Assembly (NCBI GenBank): GCA_038206015.1
Contig: JBBRBI010000026.1
Location: 1-64,000 of the forward strand
DNA: 64,000 nt
Direction of reading: 5' to 3'
DNA from: Bryobacterales bacterium
Lineage (GTDB): Bacteria; Acidobacteriota; Terriglobia; Bryobacterales; Bryobacteraceae
Shown: positions 61,401 through 64,000 of the stretch, one piece after another
Numbering within the stretch: position 1 is the first letter of the stretch
Layout: every line of letters starts with the position of its first letter
Notes under the pieces: model-generated
Database searches by the model: none
Told to the model about the DNA's origin: nothing
What the model saw: the letters and a program-made list of their open reading frames with translations, nothing else
Program-made: the position numbers and the translations under genes

Positions 61401-61974
61401 GGACCGCACACATCGACTAGTAATCGCCCCCAGCTACGAGTTGCCATTCGGAAAGGGAAGGAAATTCCTCGCCAATAGTCATCCGGTGCTGCGCGGACTG
61501 GTTGGCGGTTGGCAGAGTGTCTTCATGACTGTTATCCAATCTGGCGATCCCATGTCCGTTCCAGGCAATGTGTATCTCCTCGGCGACCCTCGTCTTAGCA
61601 ATCCAACTTGGGATCGACGGTTCAAAACCGGAGTGGTGGATGTGAACGGCACGGTGCGAAACGTGCTTCCTGGCGAGCAGCCAGTCTTCCAGATTCGACC
61701 GCCAAACTCCCTTCGGACTACGCCCATTCGCTACGGCAACATACGCAACCAATGGGCCACTACGCTCGACGGCTCTCTGATCAAGAATACGCGGATCCGG
61801 GAGGGTTGGAATATGCAGTTCCGTGTCGATGCTTTCAATGCCTTCAACACTGCAGTTTTTTCGTCCGACCCCAATCTTGACCCGACATCGCCTAACTTCG
61901 GTAAGATCTTCCGCGACAATGGACAATCCAACTTTCCGCGAAATATCCAACTCGGATTGCGCTTCGTGTTTTGA
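58489..61974 (+). CDS. TonB-dependent receptor (Oar-like)
   Basis: Signal peptide; SINGGR, AQYGRTGGG, RSGTN, QDDIK, QPRFGAAY, C-terminal QLGLRFVF. Confidence 0.92.
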   Translation: MKLALSLIPLVLISGTPAYTQETRATLSGTISDATGAVVTEARIRLMNRETSVTFDAVTNKAGQYRFLFLNPGNYRLSTEKAGFRGLVRDDIELHVSQSAVVDAVLHVGQLSDSVTVSSEAPLLDVEKADRGLVIDNKTVADLPLNIRNPIMLAVLTPGIIHTSGSQHLNPFSNSGISSWSINGGRGTNNEFLLDGAPNNAVYNGVNNVAFVPSVDAVQEFKVMTGAYDAQYGRTGGGVINVSIRSGTNRLHGSVYEFLKRTSLNANAFANNSKGAVRQGNALDQYGFTLGGPITIPKVYSGKDRTFFFFAYEGYREDTYYPSESISSVPSSEQRRGDFSKTFDNNGAPFTIFDPLTGRFEGNNWVRSTFPGNIIPSNRISPIAANIIKLYPEPNITTPGSVAWQNNFFLNPNIGNFKFVNLTSRIDHAISSRQRVFGRWSWNDFKQLRNTNGIPGVAGDYRNGGKRNNGAVLDYIANITPTTIFNLRSAISYWVEDLSPFGNQGFDTTQLGFPKSLVDQLPRRDLFPQISIANARSLGHSSGNVTFEPTTVFSLQPNVVHVRGKHTIKAGLDFRLTRYTQLRPGSAAGTYDFNRSFTRRDYLVQDATSGVGAASFLLGYASSGSVANVAQPYFQWIYYAPWIQDDIKLTRKLTLNLGFRWDINTPLTERYNRMNYGFFSGRDNPIASRIDRSKFPGFAVKGGIGFAGVEGNPRSPVSTDWNNFQPRFGAAYALNEKTVIRGGWGLFFLNPTFRGNLNGFSQSTPFIASLDAGRTPANILDNPFPTGILQPAGPSLGLLTFLGQGPGFINPDFRVPYVHQFSFGIQRQLPGSIVLDLSYVGSRSMAQSTTRGFNEISVDSLNLGNPAIGGNPNFLNQQVPNPFAGLIPGTGLDNATVPRSQLLRPFPQFTGFNMEQLNTGRIWYNSLQVSATKRYSHGLSFTTSYTLSKNIEANDYLNAQDATPSRTLVDWDRTHRLVIAPSYELPFGKGRKFLANSHPVLRGLVGGWQSVFMTVIQSGDPMSVPGNVYLLGDPRLSNPTWDRRFKTGVVDVNGTVRNVLPGEQPVFQIRPPNSLRTTPIRYGNIRNQWATTLDGSLIKNTRIREGWNMQFRVDAFNAFNTAVFSSDPNLDPTSPNFGKIFRDNGQSNFPRNIQLGLRFVF

Positions 61975-61982
61975 GAAATATT

Positions 61983-63482
61983 ATGAGTTTCCGCCGACTT
62001 GCTTTTAGCTTAATCATTGCCTGGTCCTGCCTTGGTGCGGCCGTCGTGGACCCCCGCTTGGTGGAAGCCGTCAAGCGCAAGGACCCTGCCGCCCTTCGCG
62101 CCCTGACTCAACAAGGCGCAGACGTAAATGCCACTGCCGCCGACGGCGCAACAGCGCTGCATTGGGCGGCGGAGTTGGACGATCTGGAGTCAGCCGTCAT
62201 ACTGATCGCGAAGGGTGCCAACGCCAATGCCGCCAACGTACATAGGGCAACGCCCCTTTTTCTGGCGTGCACGAACGGCAGCGCGGCTATGGCAGACCTC
62301 CTCCTCAAGGCGGGTGCCGACCCAAACAGCGCCTCGCCGGAAGGAGAAACGGCACTGATGACCGCCGCGCGGAGCGGGAAAAAGGAAGCGTTAAAGCTCC
62401 TGCTGGCCCGTGGAGCAGAGGTGAATCGGAAGGAAGCTTGGCGAGGCCAAACCGCGCTGATGTGGGCTGCGGCGGAGGGTCATGCCCAGATCGTAGAGCT
62501 GCTTATCGAGTTTGGAGCTGATTTCCGCGCGCGCTCGAATGGCGGTTTCACGCCTCTTTTGTTCGCGGTACGCGAAGGAAGAATAGAGGTGGTGCGCCAA
62601 CTCCTGCAAGCTGGTGCCGACGCGAATGAATCGATGCCTGCGCGTACGCAGCGGCCGCCCGGTGCCAGCACTACCGAGCCCTCAAAGGTGCGCGCTGGAT
62701 CGAGCGCTCTGCACCTGGCTGTGGCCAACGCGCATTTCGAGCTAGCGTCGCTACTCCTCAATGCGGGAGCCAATCCAAATGCCGATGGGCCCGGCTGGAC
62801 TCCTCTTCATACGATGACCTGGGTGCGCAAACCAGGCACCGGAAGTAACGATCCCGCTCCGCCCGGTTCGGGGAGCATGGATAGCTTGGCACTGGTTCGT
62901 AAACTCGCCGCGAAAGGCGCGGACCTGAATGCTCGCATGCGAGTCAGGAGTAACGCTGGGCTGAGTGTTCTAAACACAATCGGTGCCACGCCCTTCCTGA
63001 TGGCGGCGCGGTGTGCCGATGCCGACTATATGCGGTTGTTGGCTTCGCTGGGCGCGGACTCTTTGTTATCGAACGACGATAAATCCACGCCGTTGATGGT
63101 GGCCGCCGGATTGGGAACCCGCTCCCCGGGCGAAGATGCCGGCTCGGAAACCGAAGTCTTGGAAGCCGTAAAAGTAGCATTGGAATTGGGGAGCGATATT
63201 AATGCGGTTGACGCCAATGGTGAGACTGCGATGCATGGCGCGGCATACAAGAACCTTCCTGGCGTAGTGCTCCTCCTCGCCGAAAGAGGAGCGCGAATCG
63301 AATTGTGGAACCGCAAGAACAAGCTCGGTTGGACGCCTCTACGGATTGGAGAAGGAGTTCATCGGACGGGCAACTTACGCCCGTCTCCTCCGACAGCGGC
63401 TGCACTCCGCAAGGTCATGAGTGCCGCAGGTGTCTCCACCGAACTGGATGCTCCTGGCCTTGACACCCGCACTGTCCGGTGA
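61983..63482 (+). CDS. Exported ankyrin repeat protein
   Basis: Signal peptide; many G-T-A/P-L-H/M..GADVN repeats. Confidence 0.9.
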   Translation: MSFRRLAFSLIIAWSCLGAAVVDPRLVEAVKRKDPAALRALTQQGADVNATAADGATALHWAAELDDLESAVILIAKGANANAANVHRATPLFLACTNGSAAMADLLLKAGADPNSASPEGETALMTAARSGKKEALKLLLARGAEVNRKEAWRGQTALMWAAAEGHAQIVELLIEFGADFRARSNGGFTPLLFAVREGRIEVVRQLLQAGADANESMPARTQRPPGASTTEPSKVRAGSSALHLAVANAHFELASLLLNAGANPNADGPGWTPLHTMTWVRKPGTGSNDPAPPGSGSMDSLALVRKLAAKGADLNARMRVRSNAGLSVLNTIGATPFLMAARCADADYMRLLASLGADSLLSNDDKSTPLMVAAGLGTRSPGEDAGSETEVLEAVKVALELGSDINAVDANGETAMHGAAYKNLPGVVLLLAERGARIELWNRKNKLGWTPLRIGEGVHRTGNLRPSPPTAAALRKVMSAAGVSTELDAPGLDTRTVR

Positions 63483-63721
63483 TTCAAACAGGGCACAGAT
63501 GCCGCTGAAAGCCCACAGAGGAGCTTTGAGCGGCTCTGGCGCCACAGCCCAAGTGCAGATCCCTGCAAGCCCTTGACAAGTTTGTTGAAAATATTTCAAC
63601 CCACTTTCCTCAGCAAAAGTGGAAAACACCGCCAACTACGCCCAAATCCCCGCCCCCGCCCAGCTACCGTGTCTATCGCGGCAAGTCCGCGTGCAACACC
63701 TAAAAAAGCAGGTAACCCCTC

Positions 63722-64000
63722 ATGGCCTCATCCGCCCAAATCGCCGCCAATCGCGCCAACGCGCAGCGGTCCACCGGTCCCCGGCCCCCCGAAGGCAAAG
63801 CCCGCGCCGCCTCCAATTCCTTCAAGCACGGCCTCTACGCGCCCAAGCACTTCCAGGTCTTAAACGCCGACCCAAACTTCACCTCCGCCCTCATCCACAA
63901 TCTCAGCGATGAGTTCCAGCCCGTCACCCCCACCGAGCACATCCTCCTACAGCAACTCGTCACCCAGCAGATCCGCTATCAGCACATCCAGGCTCACTAC
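63722..64000 (+). CDS. Hypothetical protein of the ANRxNAQxSTGP family (N-terminus, truncated by the window edge)
   Basis: Open frame from ATG 63722 to the window end: MASSAQIAANRANAQRSTGPRPPEGKARAASNSFKHGLY...; absent from the ORF track because it has no stop. Confidence 0.7.
   Translation, partial: MASSAQIAANRANAQRSTGPRPPEGKARAASNSFKHGLYAPKHFQVLNADPNFTSALIHNLSDEFQPVTPTEHILLQQLVTQQIRYQHIQAHY

Noticed and set aside
42340-63620. att-type direct repeats, an integrase or a tRNA bounding the accessory block
   Set aside because: None found by eye at either boundary

Overview
A 64-kb, GC-rich bacterial chromosomal segment. Gene content (Oar-like TonB-dependent receptors, DUF1552/DUF1592 pairs, Tat-exported hydrolases) suggests Acidobacteriota, Bryobacteraceae-like; this is inference only. 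The window opens inside the right end of an IS3-family element next to a lone Flp pilin. From about 0.5 to 38.6 kb it carries mostly core and metabolic genes: larE, two tandem rsgA, gyrA, a degenerate folP, tyrS, rrf2-cysK-U32, dps, a selenocysteine formate dehydrogenase operon extended by a diheme cytochrome c and a PQQ-family dehydrogenase, GH2, sulfatase, phoD, a glycogen debranching enzyme, a lone nuoI, a two-component system, bactofilin and lolC/E. From about 38.6 to 63.5 kb it is accessory: three intact TonB-dependent receptors plus a pseudogene, two DUF1592-DUF1552 pairs, a decayed toxin-antitoxin pair, a secreted alpha/beta-hydrolase, an ankyrin protein and a membrane-anchored winged-helix protein. 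The best candidate for an undescribed system is a regulon in this block. A tandem GAACNGTTC site occurs in three intergenic regions, each time with the proximal half-site exactly 37 nt upstream of a -10 hexamer, and the sites surround a ToxR/CadC-like gene. All calls are from motif reading by eye; no searches were run.
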